Positions 1-14,376 of a stretch of DNA of 64,000 bases are shown here, in pieces. The notes beneath the pieces are model-generated. The model searched no databases, had not been told where the DNA came from, and worked only from the letters and a program-made list of their open reading frames with translations. Made by a program: the position numbers and the translations under genes. The stretch's first letter is position 1; each line of letters starts with the position of its first letter. The DNA is from Octopus sinensis (taxonomy: Eukaryota). Location: positions 21,771 to 85,770 of the forward strand of contig NW_021833055.1 of assembly GCF_006345805.1 (NCBI RefSeq), given 5' to 3'.

Positions 1-1052
1 TATATATATATTATATATATATATATATATATACACGTTTGTATACGAAACGTATTATAAGGGATAATTTTGCAAACACAAACGTTTTTTTTCTCTTCTT
101 TTTTAACCTACCTGCCAGTTAAAAAATACTTCATTCACCCAACGGCAGAAGCGGATCGATTGAGCAAAACTGTATATGTTATAATCAGTTTTCTGTCCTT
201 AGCAATTCAATACATCACCGAAGACTGCACGTCTATTCTTCTCCTGCCCCTACTATACTGTAAACCCAAGTCAAACCAGTTCGAACACAGATGTGCTTTT
301 GTGTGTGCTGACAGACTTCACTGAATATTGACATGGCTGCTCACATACTTAAGAAACATACCACACATAAACCGATACACATATGTACACACACACGCAT
401 GTGATCATCTCTGATATTGACTTTGGTATTCTGGTTTTATATTTCATATTTTCTTCACCAGATCTGTTATACGATTTTTTTTATTAATTATTTTTTTTTG
501 TCGAACTTTTATGGCGTTCTCTGCAATTATGTTTAGAGATTTTAGAGATGATTTCTTGAAATAAAAATTCTGCATGAAAAACACTGAAAACAGCAACAAC
601 AACAACAAAGAACAAACAAATATGATATTTAACACGATTAATGAACATAAATATATAATATTTAACATGAATAATAAACATAAACTATATAGGCTAGAGA
701 TGAATGACAGATGTCATATTTACTTTCTCTTCCTAATATATGAAATGTTATCCTGCATATAATGTTCAATAATGCGAGGCTATGAAATCGAAATGGCTGA
801 TACACAAGTAAATTGAGATAGATAATTATCGATGAGATCAAAAACATTCGATTGATACTTTCATTTCCAGATATAATCTCTTCAATTTAGCTTCTAATGA
901 CAGCAAAATTTTGTTTCTTTTTTAATTTTTTTCAGATTTTGTATGAAGATCGGTAGCATAAAATTATTTGTAGTACATCGTCTCTATAAACAATTATATG
1001 GATATATGTTTGCTTATCTATAATACGCACGCACACACACACTTATATGCAT

Positions 1053-1136
<84 letters not shown>

Positions 1137-2889
1137 TATATATATATTATATATATATATATATATGTATAAATACATACATAGAAAGAGAGTGAGTGGA
1201 AGATAGACAGAGAGAAGGGAGTGTTATGATAGCCAAGTGTAAGAATGTGTGCTCAACTTAGTCTTTGGTGGTTATGCATTTACATTCCTACCAATGGCTA
1301 TATGTGGAACACTTTTGACCCGATGTACTTAAAGATATTGACATTCGCGCCCAATTTAAATGTGACTTCAGGAGAATAGGCGTGTATACGCATTGTCCCA
1401 GTTCTAGTGCTGCACTTACAGTTTTGTTTGCCAACCACATTGATTCGGGAGCTGTCCCAAGGTATGGTACCATGCGACTTGTCAATACCAATATATCCCG
1501 AGGTGTTCTAAAGCCCTGTGAGTGGATTTTCGTCTAAAAAGATCAAATACATTCGTCATATATATACACACAGACACATCTAAGTATATCTGAACGTTTG
1601 TGCTTGTCTCCGTTCTGTTGACAACCTATGTCGGTTTGTTTACTTCGCCGTAACGTAGCAATTCGGCAAAATAAACCGAAAAAATAAGTAACAGGTATTT
1701 ATAATCAATAGTTAGTCGGTTCGATTTATACGACTAGAAATTCCTGAAGGCTTTGCCACAACATGGCCTTCGATGTTTTGCTGACATCCCACATTCATGG
1801 AATGAGCGCAGACAGACACGGATGTGAAAATCAGAGAGCGTGTGTAATTTTATAAAACCGTCTGTAATGTTATAACATCGTTTAAAGAGCATACAAAATG
1901 AAGGCCACTGAGAGCTCCTACAAATATGCCCGGTGAATATTTACCATATTTTATTTATTCGTACATTGTTAAGCGTTAACACAAAAACCGCTGTTATATC
2001 GAACGACAGAAATAGAATGTTAGGCCAATGTGTCAATATGAATAATAGAAATATTCGCTCGGAGATAGCAATCTGGCTATGAATAGTCTACAGACACAGC
2101 GACTGTAAAATTAGATGTTGACTTTGAAACCAAGGGCCAATGTGTCACACTTACCACAATGGAGAAAGATGGTCTTGTTGTTGCGATTCCCGTTTTTATT
2201 GTTGTAATAGTTGTTGTTGGGGTTAAAGGTGTGGTTGAGAGATAGTGAAGATACGGGACGGAATGTTGAATAAATAACTGCCGCGGTTTAATTAATTTCA
2301 GATAATTTGATTTTTATTTAAATTTGCAAAACAAAACAAAATGTAGTAAATAGATACTCAGGGCAACGACATTAGTAAAGGTAACGCTAAGTTGAAGTGT
2401 AATAAAAAAAAAGACAATAACAGGATAAACAACAGCATTTAACTGTAAAAAAACCAAAATTGCAATAAAATACCGGAAAACCATCAACGATATAAAAAGT
2501 TACAGAGAGGTCAGAAATACAGGAAAAGCAAGAGCAGCAGGGGCAGTAGGAGCAGCAGTAACAATAACAGAAAAAAAACACAGCATCAACTCTGTCCAAA
2601 AGACGCTGGAAACTACAACGACATCAACAGCAACAACAGCCACAAAAACGCCGAGAAAACTACAACGCAATAATAAAGAAAACTATACAATATCCGAAAA
2701 AGGAAACTTTAATAGATTTCTTGAGGAGACGAAGAAGAGTAAACAAAACTTAGAGGAACAAACATTGATAATAGACAAACAATAATAGTATAATTAGAGA
2801 ATTTTGAATGTGCTGAATTTATAGTCATTAGGGCCCTCGGCTAAGACGGCTTGCATTATTTATTTCATCTCTCTGCGCTGAGTGTTCAA

Positions 2890-3375
2890 AATCCGCAGTG
2901 GGCAACTGCCTTTCTTTATTGGCTTCATTTTCTGTCGTTCGTCATTATTTGTGTGTGTGTGGGGGGTCGATTGTGTTCAAATTCCGCCGGGGTCGACTTT
3001 GCCTTTCATCCTTTCGGGGTCGATTAAATAAGTACCTATTTCTTTATTACCCACAAGGGGCTAAACACAGAGGGGACAAACAAGGACAGACATGGGTATT
3101 AAGTCGATTACATCGACTCCAGTGTGTAACTGGTGCTTAATTTATCGACCCCGAAAGGATGAAAGGCAAAGTCGACCTCGGCGGAATTTGAACTCACAAC
3201 GTAACGCAGACGAAATACCGCTAAGCATTTCGCCCGGCGTGCTAACGTTTCTGCCAGCTCGCCGCCTTTAAATAAGTACCAGTCGATTAAATAAGTACCA
3301 GTTACTTAATGAGGCCGATGTAATCGACTTAATCCCTTCCCCAAAATTTCAGGCATTGTGCTTCCAGTAGAAATG
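2890..3375. mobile_element. Nested SINEs: minus-strand copy (3037-3267) inserted into a plus-strand copy of the same family
   Basis: 13-bp TSD TTAAATAAGTACC at 3024-3036 and 3268-3280. The host continues with CCAGTTAC..GATGTAATCGACTTAATCCC. Confidence 0.85.
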
Positions 3376-4469
3376 ATTTTGGCGGGGAACGATGAATAAT
3401 ACACCAGTCCACACGTATGGCCTCGTGATCGTAGAATTCCAGGTTCGACGCCTGACACCGGACGTTTTTAATAAAAAAAAAAACACTTCATTTGAAGTTG
3501 CTCAGGTCTGCTCAGCTGGCATAAGTGAGTCATCCTGAGATAAACTGGCGTCCCGTCCAGGAGCTCTGTCGATACGCCAGATAAATATTCAGACTGGGTC
3601 TATGAGTTTATATGACAAGGCAAGGAATTTTAACTATATTTGCTTTTACCTTATGCTTTTCCAACTTAATCTTCGAGCGATTTGAAATGGGGTGGGGAAG
3701 AACCGAAAAATTAGTGGAAGGCATTTCCTCCGCTGCTTTAACGTTTTTCCCATTTCATTACACAAACAAATTAAAATACCAATGATAATACGAAAGTTAA
3801 ACAACATCGCATCCGACAACAACAACAACACCAACAACAATGACAAAATTAACCATAACAATATTAACTACCATAGCAATAGCGATAACTATAACAATAT
3901 TTTAAGTAGAGTTCGTCCAGAAGATAGTAAATATTTGATATCATGTCAATTCAATTAACTTGAAGAAGTTGCGAGATTATTATTTCTATTTTAATAATAT
4001 AAAACTGAGGGAAATATAGAAATTTTTGCAAAAGAAAACAAAAACCAAAAATAATACACAGTTATTTCTAAAAAACAAAATATTTTTTCTCTCGTTGAAT
4101 TTGTTTATGTAAAGAGACAGCTGTGAATGTGAAATTGCAAAAGTATATAGTTTTTATTTTACAGCATTCTTAACGATGATCAACGAATCCCTAATATTGA
4201 ATAACAATAATGATTAAAATATAGGAGTGAAAAAAAAATATTGCTATATTTTATATAGTTTATTTTATTTTTTTTTTGTTTTTGTTTGTTTTCAGCGGCT
4301 GTTGCTCGATCTACACTAAAGGATAGTAAACTCATCGACAATAACAACACAAAACAACAAATCCACCTTCCCCCCAACACACGCACACTTTACTTCGTCC
4401 TCTGCTTAAAACTAATAATACTACTGTTATCACCGCTATTGCTTATATTCTCTTCTACTCTAGACATAT

Positions 4470-4745
4470 GAGGGAGGGTGCCAGTCGATTAGATCAACCC
4501 CAGTACGCAACTGGTACTTACTTATCGACTCCTAAAGGATGAAAGACAAAGTCTACCTCAGCGTAATTTGAACTCAAAACATAAAGATAGGGGAAATACC
4601 GCGCAGAATTCCGCCCGGCGTGCTAATGTTTCTTATTTCTTTATTGCCCACAAGGGACAAAATATAGAGGGGACAAACAAGGACAGACAAAGGGATTAAG
4701 TCGCTTAGATCGACGCCAGTGCGTAACTGGTACTTAATGTATCGA
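4470..4745 (-). mobile_element. Two abutting partial Meta-like SINE copies
   Basis: GGATGAAAGACAAAGTCTACCTCAGCGTAATTTGAACTC and TTATTTCTTTATTGCCCACAAGGG..AAGTCG..ATCGAC blocks. Further partial copies lie near 8.4-8.6, 12.2-12.4, 28.3-28.4, 34.5-34.6, 43.15-43.26, 44.65-44.76, 48.2-48.4, 48.66-48.77, 55.3 and 56.0 kb. Confidence 0.75.
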
Positions 4746-4752
4746 ACCCAGA

Positions 4753-5290
4753 GGATTCGATAGTCCAGAAAGAAGTGGATAAGTTGTCAAAGAACGAAGA
4801 CCTCGAAATTTAAGTATTGAAGATGTGAAACGTGACTGTAAAATCACTACCAATAATAATTGGAATATTGGGCATGATAAAAAAAGAACTTATAAAGAAA
4901 AACGCAGAAGATATACCTGAATCCTCAACACTACACACTGTCCCAAAAACATCCATGCTAGGAACAGCCCACATCCTACGTGAAACACTATCAGCTCAAT
5001 AAAGAAATATTTAAAAACACAAGCCAGCCACATACTCAAGACACACTCTATACAACAGTTAGCCACTGAAATAAACTTACGCCTGTAAACCAAGAGCCAA
5101 CGCCTTACAGACACAAGCAGTTACACAAGAAAAGACTACACTGCACCTGAAGAGGGCATAAAACAAACAAGATAAAACACTGGTAAGAGTTTGCGCTCTC
5201 ACAACCACAGAAAAGAACACACAATGTTGTACACACCCCAGAAAGACAAAGGTGTAGCAGGAGCCGCAGTAGGAATTAGTCTCCAACTAC
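4753..5290 (+). pseudogene. 3' end of a Dong/R4-like (restriction-like endonuclease) non-LTR retrotransposon, decayed, plus 3' UTR
   Basis: Manual translation gives VQKEVDKLSKNEDLEI*, PIIIGILGMIKK and LGTAHILRETLSAQ* (stop 5000-5002). These match the C-terminal EKxxKYxDL..PxIIGALG..LGTAHILR pattern of R4/Dong elements. Confidence 0.85.
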
Positions 5291-7377
5291 CAAATGTTGA
5301 AGAATTATATTAAAAATATATATAATTATATAATAAATAATTTTGTGCCAAATTTATTACGTAAGGATACTAAGTTTTTAATTCGGATTGAAAGTGTAAT
5401 GAAAATTATACATCGACGAAGAGGTTCTACGCAAAAGAAACATCCCTGGAGTTGCTTCCTTTACTTACAAGAAGAATACTTGAAATAACATTTAATATGG
5501 TGCTATACCGGTATTTTCCCAGTGCAGCAGAAACATATTTAAAAGGGACGGGCGTTTCACGTGTGTGAATTTCTGTGTAATTGAACTTCTGAAATATATT
5601 TTTATTTTATTTTCTCGATTATGTACAATTTTGTACACTTGTTTATAATTCTGTCTTCACCGGTCCAAGTCCAGTAATTAGAAAACAAAAATATATGCAA
5701 ATGAATCACATCCATTATTGCCGCCCCGAATTCTCATTACAATTTACATATTGTTACGAAATGAGCTCTTGTTTTCTACTTGCTCACTGCATAATTATTT
5801 CAGCTTAACTTTGTAATGCTCACTAATTACCTTTTTAATGGTTAATTAAATAAATAAACACACCTAGGTAATACAAAACTCATTATGAAACCCAAAAGAC
5901 CAACCTGCATCTGACGTTTATTATCAGATTTTACCTCGGAACATATAGTGGTTAAGATCATAAACGCTAATTCTTTTAGCGAACTACATAATTATTTATT
6001 TGTTCGTAAGAATAATATCTTACTTCATAGGTACATTTTTAATTATCTCCTTCTTAGCAAAGAACAATTTTCAGCATTATTAAAAACCTATCAGTTTTGT
6101 TCTTCGTATTTTTTAGATTTCTTTTAATTGATAGAAAGAAATTCTCTATGTAGTTATATCCTTAACGGTCTGGAAAAATAAGACAATTCTTAATTACGTT
6201 TTTTCCCCCAGATGTCTTTTCTATTTTTTTTTTTTTGCTTTTCTCTTATTGTTTTCCTTTCGCTACAAACGTTGCTCGTACTTGGAACATTCTTAAAGGT
6301 TTCTAACATTATTTGCCTGACGAATCATGTTATGATGTAAGTCTCGTGGGGTGGCTGGGTATTTAGGAATTCAAAATAGCATTAACGCTGTAAAATCGGG
6401 CGCTATATTAGTTAAGCAACTTGCAGAGACATAAGTGTAAACCTCATTGAAGCTATGAACAGCACCACCTTCTCCAAACACCACCAACATTGCAAAAAGG
6501 AACTAATTTCTAGAAATCAGAACTGCAGCAGCAACAACAGTGGAGGCGGTCGGAAAATCGTGGTTTCGATTCCCAGACCGGGTATATATGTGTTTATTGA
6601 GCGAAAACACCTAAAGCTCCACGAGGCCCCGGCAGAGGGTGGAAGACTGGAATAGTATTATAGATGAAGCATGTAATTAAGTGTGATGAGTTGAAGGAAA
6701 ATGTGTGAAAAGAAAAACGCAAATCAATACATACATTTTTAACTCTGATAAAAGCCGGAACTGTGGTTGGTTCCGGTTTTCATAAGTGTGGACTGTCACT
6801 AAACTCCTCCAGTTAGATACTTCGTATGAACACAGAAAAGGAGTTCGTTAAATTTAGAGATGGAGTTTAACAAAGAACTTAATTTTGATCAGTTATCTAT
6901 ATAAGTCATAATTTCTTTGATTCGCACGGTCAACATAGAGTGGTTGAATGGAATACGCGAATCGTTTCGTAGCCGAATTAGCGAAATTGTCATGGACCAA
7001 TTGTCCGACGCTCTTGAAGAATTCTCGCTACTTCAATAACCTCGACGCTTAAGTGAACGTTCTCTCTTGCATCCATTAATTATTGCAGTTCTTTTACTAT
7101 TTTACTATTTTGCTACGTTATTGAAATATTTGCTAGCATATTATATACTTTTTTTTTTAAATTTGGTGTTGAATTTTATTTTTAGATATAATAATCACAA
7201 TTGTTGGAGATTCTATTCCTTCGCGATTTCCGAGTGCGTTGCTAAGGCCTCCCACAATGATCAAGTCAAACGTTTATTGGATCGTATAATATCGGTAAGC
7301 GTGATTCCGTCACTGTCCAAACATCTTTTCGAGTTATCGAGTCGACTTGAATATTCTTTTTCGTTAGTTCTTCATAC

Positions 7378-7421
<44 letters not shown>

Positions 7422-7649
7422 ATAACATAATATATATAATATAATATAAATATATATGAATATATGCATATATACATGCATATATGTACATACCGACATA
7501 TATATGTATATATACATACATGTATGGGTACAGGACATCAGAAAAATGATGAACACAATGAGAAACGAAACATAATTAGAAAAATATAGAAGCGAGACAT
7601 AGAGCAAAAGGAATATTCCCCTTCTTCCGTTGTCCATGTTTCATCTACT

Positions 7650-7706
<57 letters not shown>

Positions 7707-7925
7707 CATAAGTTGAATAAATAGAGTCAACAGGAAATTGCACGTTTGGGTAGTTATTTAATAAACAGTATATAACGTATTCTGTTAAATTGTTATTATT
7801 CAAAGAGTCTTTGCCGCTCTTCATAGTAAACTATAACTTGTGATGTTATTGTTTAGTGAAATATCTTGTTTCAAGTGCATTCCTATTTGGATATTTCCTT
7901 TTTCTTGTGCTGCATTCCTTGTAAT

Positions 7926-7978
<53 letters not shown>

Positions 7979-8770
7979 TTCTTTCTCTCTCGTTCTTTTC
8001 AATTGTTAAATTATGTATTTTCCTTATTCAATTCATTAAGTATTCAGATATACTTTTATGTATTTTTATCTTCCATATTTCCCTCCGAGTAAAATTTTAA
8101 ATGTCATTTTGTTAGGTAACAAATATAGTTTTATTATGTTCAGTTGGTGAACGTATTCCTTTTGTTACTAAAGCGCTTAATTCATATAATATTTATTTGA
8201 ATCTCAAACTGTTATTCTTATCAGTTTATTCTTTATGTAGAATCAGTTTGAGGCGTAGTGAGCTGAAGTTGTCAGTTGCTAGAGCATTGTCAAAAGTTAT
8301 TTGTAGCATTCTTTGAGGTCGATAAAGTCAACAACCAGTCTTAATCTGAAATAGACTCAAACACCCACCCCAGAATTAATGGCCTTGTGTTCTGCTATAA
8401 ACAATTTAAAGGCAGTGAGTTGGAAGAAATACTGGAGCCTCAAATAAAAGTTTTCGCGTACTCAGATCAACTTTCCTCGGGTAAACCTTGCCTTCCTTCC
8501 TCAAATGATGAATGAAATAAAGTACCATTGTAGTAGTTGCGTCGGTGTTATCAACTAAACCCACTTCTCAGGTCTCTTGACCTACCGAAGTCCCAAACCA
8601 TTTAGTATTAGTTCGTATCTCTTCGTTTTCCAAGGTGCACCTTTTCATTTATAATTTTCTTACTAGTTGAATTCTTTCATTTTATCAGATATTTTCGTTA
8701 ATCAATACAAAGTTACACATCCATCCACCCTTCCATCGTCTCCGTCTACTATTCCTGGGAGGTTCCTGGT

Positions 8771-8820
<50 letters not shown>

Positions 8821-8844
8821 TCAGCAGCAGTAGTAGTAGTAGTA

Positions 8845-8903
<59 letters not shown>

Positions 8904-9991
8904 ATCGTTTCAGATGCTTGTTTTATATATACCTTGAGACTGGACATTTGTTTTAACGTTTCTTACACAAATGTTAGCAACGCCATGTCAATTGGTTTTG
9001 TTTCGAAGCTAGAATAAGACACATTATTACTGAATTTCTCCTGTATTTCTTGCATTTATTGACATTTATTCCCATTGCTCTCGCATCGAGCACTCGTAAA
9101 TTTTTGGGTCTCAATGCTAGTGATATTGTTAACAATTAATTTCAAAAGTGGTCGTGACTGTGGTGTTAAATAATATCACAAAACTTGCTTTTTTGAAAAA
9201 TAACGAGATGTGTGTTTTCGGAATTGAAATCTGTTTCAACACCTGAAATTCTATGAGTCTCTGATGTCGCACACTATATTTATGGTGCCACAGTGAACGG
9301 AATTAATGAAGTATGAGTAATAGAAGCATTAGTAACTGTAACAAAATTGGTAAATGATCCATGTGGGACTTTTAAATTAGTCACATTGTCTGTAACATAT
9401 GTCATGCAACCATTTCCCAAGTTCGTACAAAACTTTGCATATAAACACAGGATTTATTATATAGCTTGCATATCAGTATATGACAGATAAGTCTTCCTGT
9501 ATTATATTTTATCATACTTTAAAGGTAGCAGAAATATCTGAAATGCAAAGGGCTAAAAATTGTCAATAGGAGGTCACAAAGGGGTTATGATCTGAATCCT
9601 GCCTAGGTTGTAAGGACTTAAGTTCGAAACACTTGTATGAGTAGTGTATCTTCTTCTTCTACAGATTGTAAGAGCTTATAGGCCTAAAGCCTGAGGCGTG
9701 TTTCTTCAATGAAGAAATTCCGCTGTGCATCTCACTCGCCAGTTACCACTTCAATTCATTCTTTCTTAAGCGAAGAAAAACGACGAAAGTGAATTGGCTA
9801 TTACTACAGACTCTATCTCATTGCGTGACGTTCATGAAATAGTAGTCAAATATACTCGAAATTCTTTTTGCCATTTTCAGTCTAATTAGGCAATGTAGAA
9901 ATGGGTGAAACTTGTGAATTGGACAGGGAGCGGAGGAGGAAATAACCATGAATGCATCAATAATGATTGGACCACAAGAAATAAGAATATA

Positions 9992-10108
9992 TATTCATCT
10001 CTAGGTGTTTAAGGAGCGCAAATTAACAGTTAAATAAAGTTTACAAAATTATTCACCTCCAGGTGTTTAAGGAGGGCAAATTAACAGTTAACAAAAGTTT
10101 ACAAAATT
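9992..10108. repeat. 58-bp tandem duplication (2 copies)
   Basis: TATTCA(T/C)CTC(T/C)AGGTGTTTAAGGAG(C/G)GCAAATTAACAGTTAA..AAAGTTTACAAAAT at 9992 and 10050. Confidence 0.9.
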
Positions 10109-11371
10109 AACAAGAACGAAGCAATACCAAAGACATTGTACATCATTCGATTGTAAATTATTTGTTTTGAATTTATAATTTGTGTAGTAGATGTAAATTA
10201 AATGCAATGAAGAAATGAAGTTATGTTACGTAGCCTATCACCTTGTCCTCAAGTTTTGACAAAATACATAAGCCGTGATTGAGATGCGGTGCTTATTTCA
10301 AATTCAGACGAATAGTAATTAATTGTGTGACCTGAACCTTACCAAAACATACATAGATCTTCTACACCTTTTATTTTCTGGTTGCCGTTGATTCTGTTTC
10401 TGCGATACGTGTATCGAAACAAATTTCAATGCGGAAAATAAACATTTTGCTATTCAGCAGAAAAACAAAGAAAATGTTTTGCGATATTATTTAACACCAC
10501 TGTTACGACAACTCAATTTAATTGTAAAGAATACCGCCAGCATTGAGGTAAAAATTTATGAGTACTCGATGTCAGAGCAATGGGAATAAACGTCAATAGC
10601 TCCAAGAAATACAAGAGAAATTTGATAATAACGCCTCATCCGAAATTCAAAACAAACCCGATTCCTATATTATCGTAACATTTGTGTAAGAAACTTTAAA
10701 ACAGAAATCCAGCTTGAAGATACATACGAAAAACGTTTCTTCTACTACTACTAATACTACTGCTACTGGCTGCTTATACACCTGTAGCGCTGTTGATGAT
10801 GCTGCTGCTGTTGTTTTTGCTGTTGTTTTTCACGTTGGCAATCATGGTGGTTTCCAGCTATAGATGTCGTTGCTAAACACTGCATACGATCTGACAAAAG
10901 CAATCCGACAAAGAATATTCAACATTTCTTCCTGGAAACACACATTCATCCATCAATTTAACTATGAGTGGAATTTATTGGTTGTTTCTAGCTATAATAA
11001 AATACCATGAAGATCTACTCTTGACTCATATGAGTACTAATTAAGAGAATTTTTAACATAATTAGGGCATCACGGTTTCTTCATTCTGATGAATTTCACA
11101 TTTCGTGTCATGCACAAAAGCTTAGTATTTCGAATTATTTATAGCGCTGTTTATTTAAATGCTTGCGTTTTGGTTTAGATGTGTCCGCCATAACGAAATT
11201 TAATGGTGGTTTTAGGTGTTTTTCTTTATAGCAAGATTTTGGTGTATTGTTAATTGGCAAATCTGAAATTATTAGGCTTAGAATGGAAGGTATTGGGACG
11301 ACCAGAACTTTAACCTCAAAAAACAAACTCCGACCCAGATATAAGGGGGCACTTTTAATGAATGTGTGTGA

Positions 11372-11945
<574 letters not shown>

Positions 11946-12430
11946 TATTTATTTATTTAAATATACGAACAAGGACGCTGCTGCCAGGAAAAATTTCAGG
12001 ATCATAAGAGTTCCGAATAATATGTTTAATGCCACTTCTTCCGGGCCATTACTTTTTGAGATCGAATACAACCGAACAGATTTATGCGTTTCATTCTTTC
12101 GCGTTCGAAATAAACTAAGTCGTAATTTAGAAATTGGGCCGACACAAAGCCCTAAAAATTCTTAGTCTTGAGCCAAACTTAGAAACAATAAAGATAATAA
12201 TGGACCCAAATTTTGCTACAAGGGCAGCAGTTTGAACGGGAGAGGATGAGTCGATTACACCAACACCAATGTTCCACTGGTGCTGAATTTATCAACTCAC
12301 GAAAGGAGGAATGTGAAAGTAGACCTTCTGAATATTAACTTGAAACGTAGAAACGGGCGAAATAACGCTAAGTATCTCATCCAGCGTGTTAACGATCTTG
12401 CCAGCCGGTGGTGGTGTTAGTAGTAGTATT

Positions 12431-12826
12431 GGATCTTCGGTTTCTAGGTAACTAAAAAATTTTAAACTTCGTATACTGGTAGAATGTGTTTATAAAACAT
12501 CTTTTTCTCTTGGCTTTATTGAGAAAATTCTATAGATTGTAAGATATTTGTTGTTTGTTTTCTTCAATTTCTGCAATTTCAACCAATCAATTACGTCCGT
12601 TGAGGTAAACTCTTTCTGTGCCGTATGAATATGTCCGTCGTTTAAGAAACAGATTGGTTTTATTTACATTTCTGAAGAAAAAAAGATACACTTCTTCCCC
12701 ACTCCAAACCTAACCCTAACTCTAAAACAGATTGAAATGCAATAGATCGATACTAGGGTCATAATTATGGGTGACAATTTCATATGACACCGCTAGAAAA
12801 ATCTGCCGTTCTAACCGAAAAGATCC
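12431..12826. mobile_element. MITE-like element with GGATC..GATCC termini and internal (CCCTAA)n
   Basis: GGATCTTCGGTT / AACCGAAAAGATCC inverted termini. A second copy lies at 30366-30655. Confidence 0.7.
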
Positions 12827-12858
<32 letters not shown>

Positions 12859-13591
12859 CGCAGCAGCATCTGCACGATTTCTTTTTCATTTAGGAATGAT
12901 GTAATGCTCAGAAAAAAAGATGTATCCTATTTGTTTTAATACATAAAAAAAATGTCGTAATAATAAATACATTGTGAAAAAACATTTCTGCAGATGTTAG
13001 TATGATTAACAAATGGTTTGTAAAAATCTTCTGAAAATACTTGCTGACAATATTATTGATACTACTTGGTACTTGTTGGAATCGTTCCTTGTAAGTTAGC
13101 TGTCAATATCGTCAGGTATCAGGTTATTTATCGGTCTATTTTTACCATTTACAAAAAGGCTGGTTGGACACGTTTTATTACCAATTAATTCAATATCTGA
13201 GACGGTATCTTTCATTCCTATTTCGCCTCTTGCTTTAAATACACTCATCCGTTATTGATATATCAATTATCGTTACTGTATTGTCATTTATGTCATTGAA
13301 AACGCCGGCCCTGTATTGTAACTAATTTGGGTATGTTAAAACCGAATGGGAGCTTCACAGGTAGACAAATATATGAGCGACAGGGAATTAGTCTTGCAAG
13401 AAATATTACTGTGTCGGCCATTTACATACCAGAAGTAATTTTTTTGTCTGTTTTGATTTGCCTCGAAGTATAGTTAGTGTCAAACCAATATTGAATAACT
13501 CGATACAATATCGTTGGAGAACACAGTATTGTTTCAGAAAATAATGCATATTATTGACACCACTCTTCCATAAACATATATTAATAACAGA

Positions 13592-14376
13592 AAAGGCGGT
13601 GAGCTGGCAGAAACGTTAGCACGCCGGACGAAATGCGTGACCGTATTTTGTCTGCCTTTACGTGCTGTGTTAAAATTCCGCCGAGGTCGACTTTGCCTTT
13701 CATCCTTTCGGGGTCGATTAAATAAGTACCAGTTACGCACTGGGGTCGATGTAATCGACTTAATCCGTTTGTCTGTCCTTGTTTGTCCTCTATGTGTTTA
13801 GCCCCTTGTGGGTAGTAAAGAAATAGGTATTTCGTCTGCCGATACGTTCTGGGTTCAAATTCCGCCGAGGTCGACTTTGCCTTTCATCTTTTCTGGGTCG
13901 ATTAAATAAGAACCAGTTACGCACTGGGGTCGATGTAATCGACTTAATCCGTTTGTCTGTCCTTGTTTGTCCTCTATGTGTTTAGCCTCTTGTGGGTAGT
14001 AAAGAAATAGGTATTTCGTCTGCCGATACGTTCTGGGTTCAAATTCCGCCGAGGTCGACTTTGCCTTTCATCTTTTCTGCTTCGATTAAATAAGTACCAG
14101 TTATTTACTGGTGTCGATGTAATCTACTTAATCTGTTTGTCTGTCCTCGTGTGTCCTCTATGTGTTTAGCCCCTTGTGGGTAGCAAAGAAATAGGTATTT
14201 CGTCTGCCGATACGTTCTGGGTTCAAATTCCGCCGAGGTCGTCTTTGCCTTTCATCTTTTCTGGGTCGATTAAATAAGTACCAGTTATTTACTGGGGTCG
14301 ATGTAATCGACTTAATCCGTTTGTCTGTCCTTGTGCCCCCCCCCTGTGTTTAGCCCCTTGTGAGTAGTAAAGAAAT
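13592..14376 (+). mobile_element. tRNA-derived SINE with one head and four tandem 184-bp body/tail units, inside a 16-bp TSD
   Basis: Head GGCGGTGAGCTGGCAGAAACGTTAGC. CCGCCGAGGTC recurs at 13678, 13862, 14046 and 14230 (period 184). TSD ATATATTAATAACAGA at 13576-13591 and 14377-14392. The central GCCTTTCATCCTTTCGGGGTCGAT..AAGTACCAG block resembles a conserved SINE domain (Meta-like, from memory). Confidence 0.9.

Noticed and set aside
1288-1530. Non-repetitive stretch open in several frames (e.g. GAVPRYGTMRLVNTN)
   Set aside because: No recognisable domain and no clear splice signals; more likely an unidentified decayed repeat.
11135-11270. Possible minus-strand terminal exon (CTAAT..TTTCAG acceptor; [27 protein letters not shown])
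   Set aside because: No recognisable homology and no neighbouring exons identified; needs RNA-seq.
13678-14376. Regular repeat array resembling CRISPR
   Set aside because: The units are contiguous 184-bp SINE copies without unique spacers, the context is eukaryotic, and no cas genes are present.
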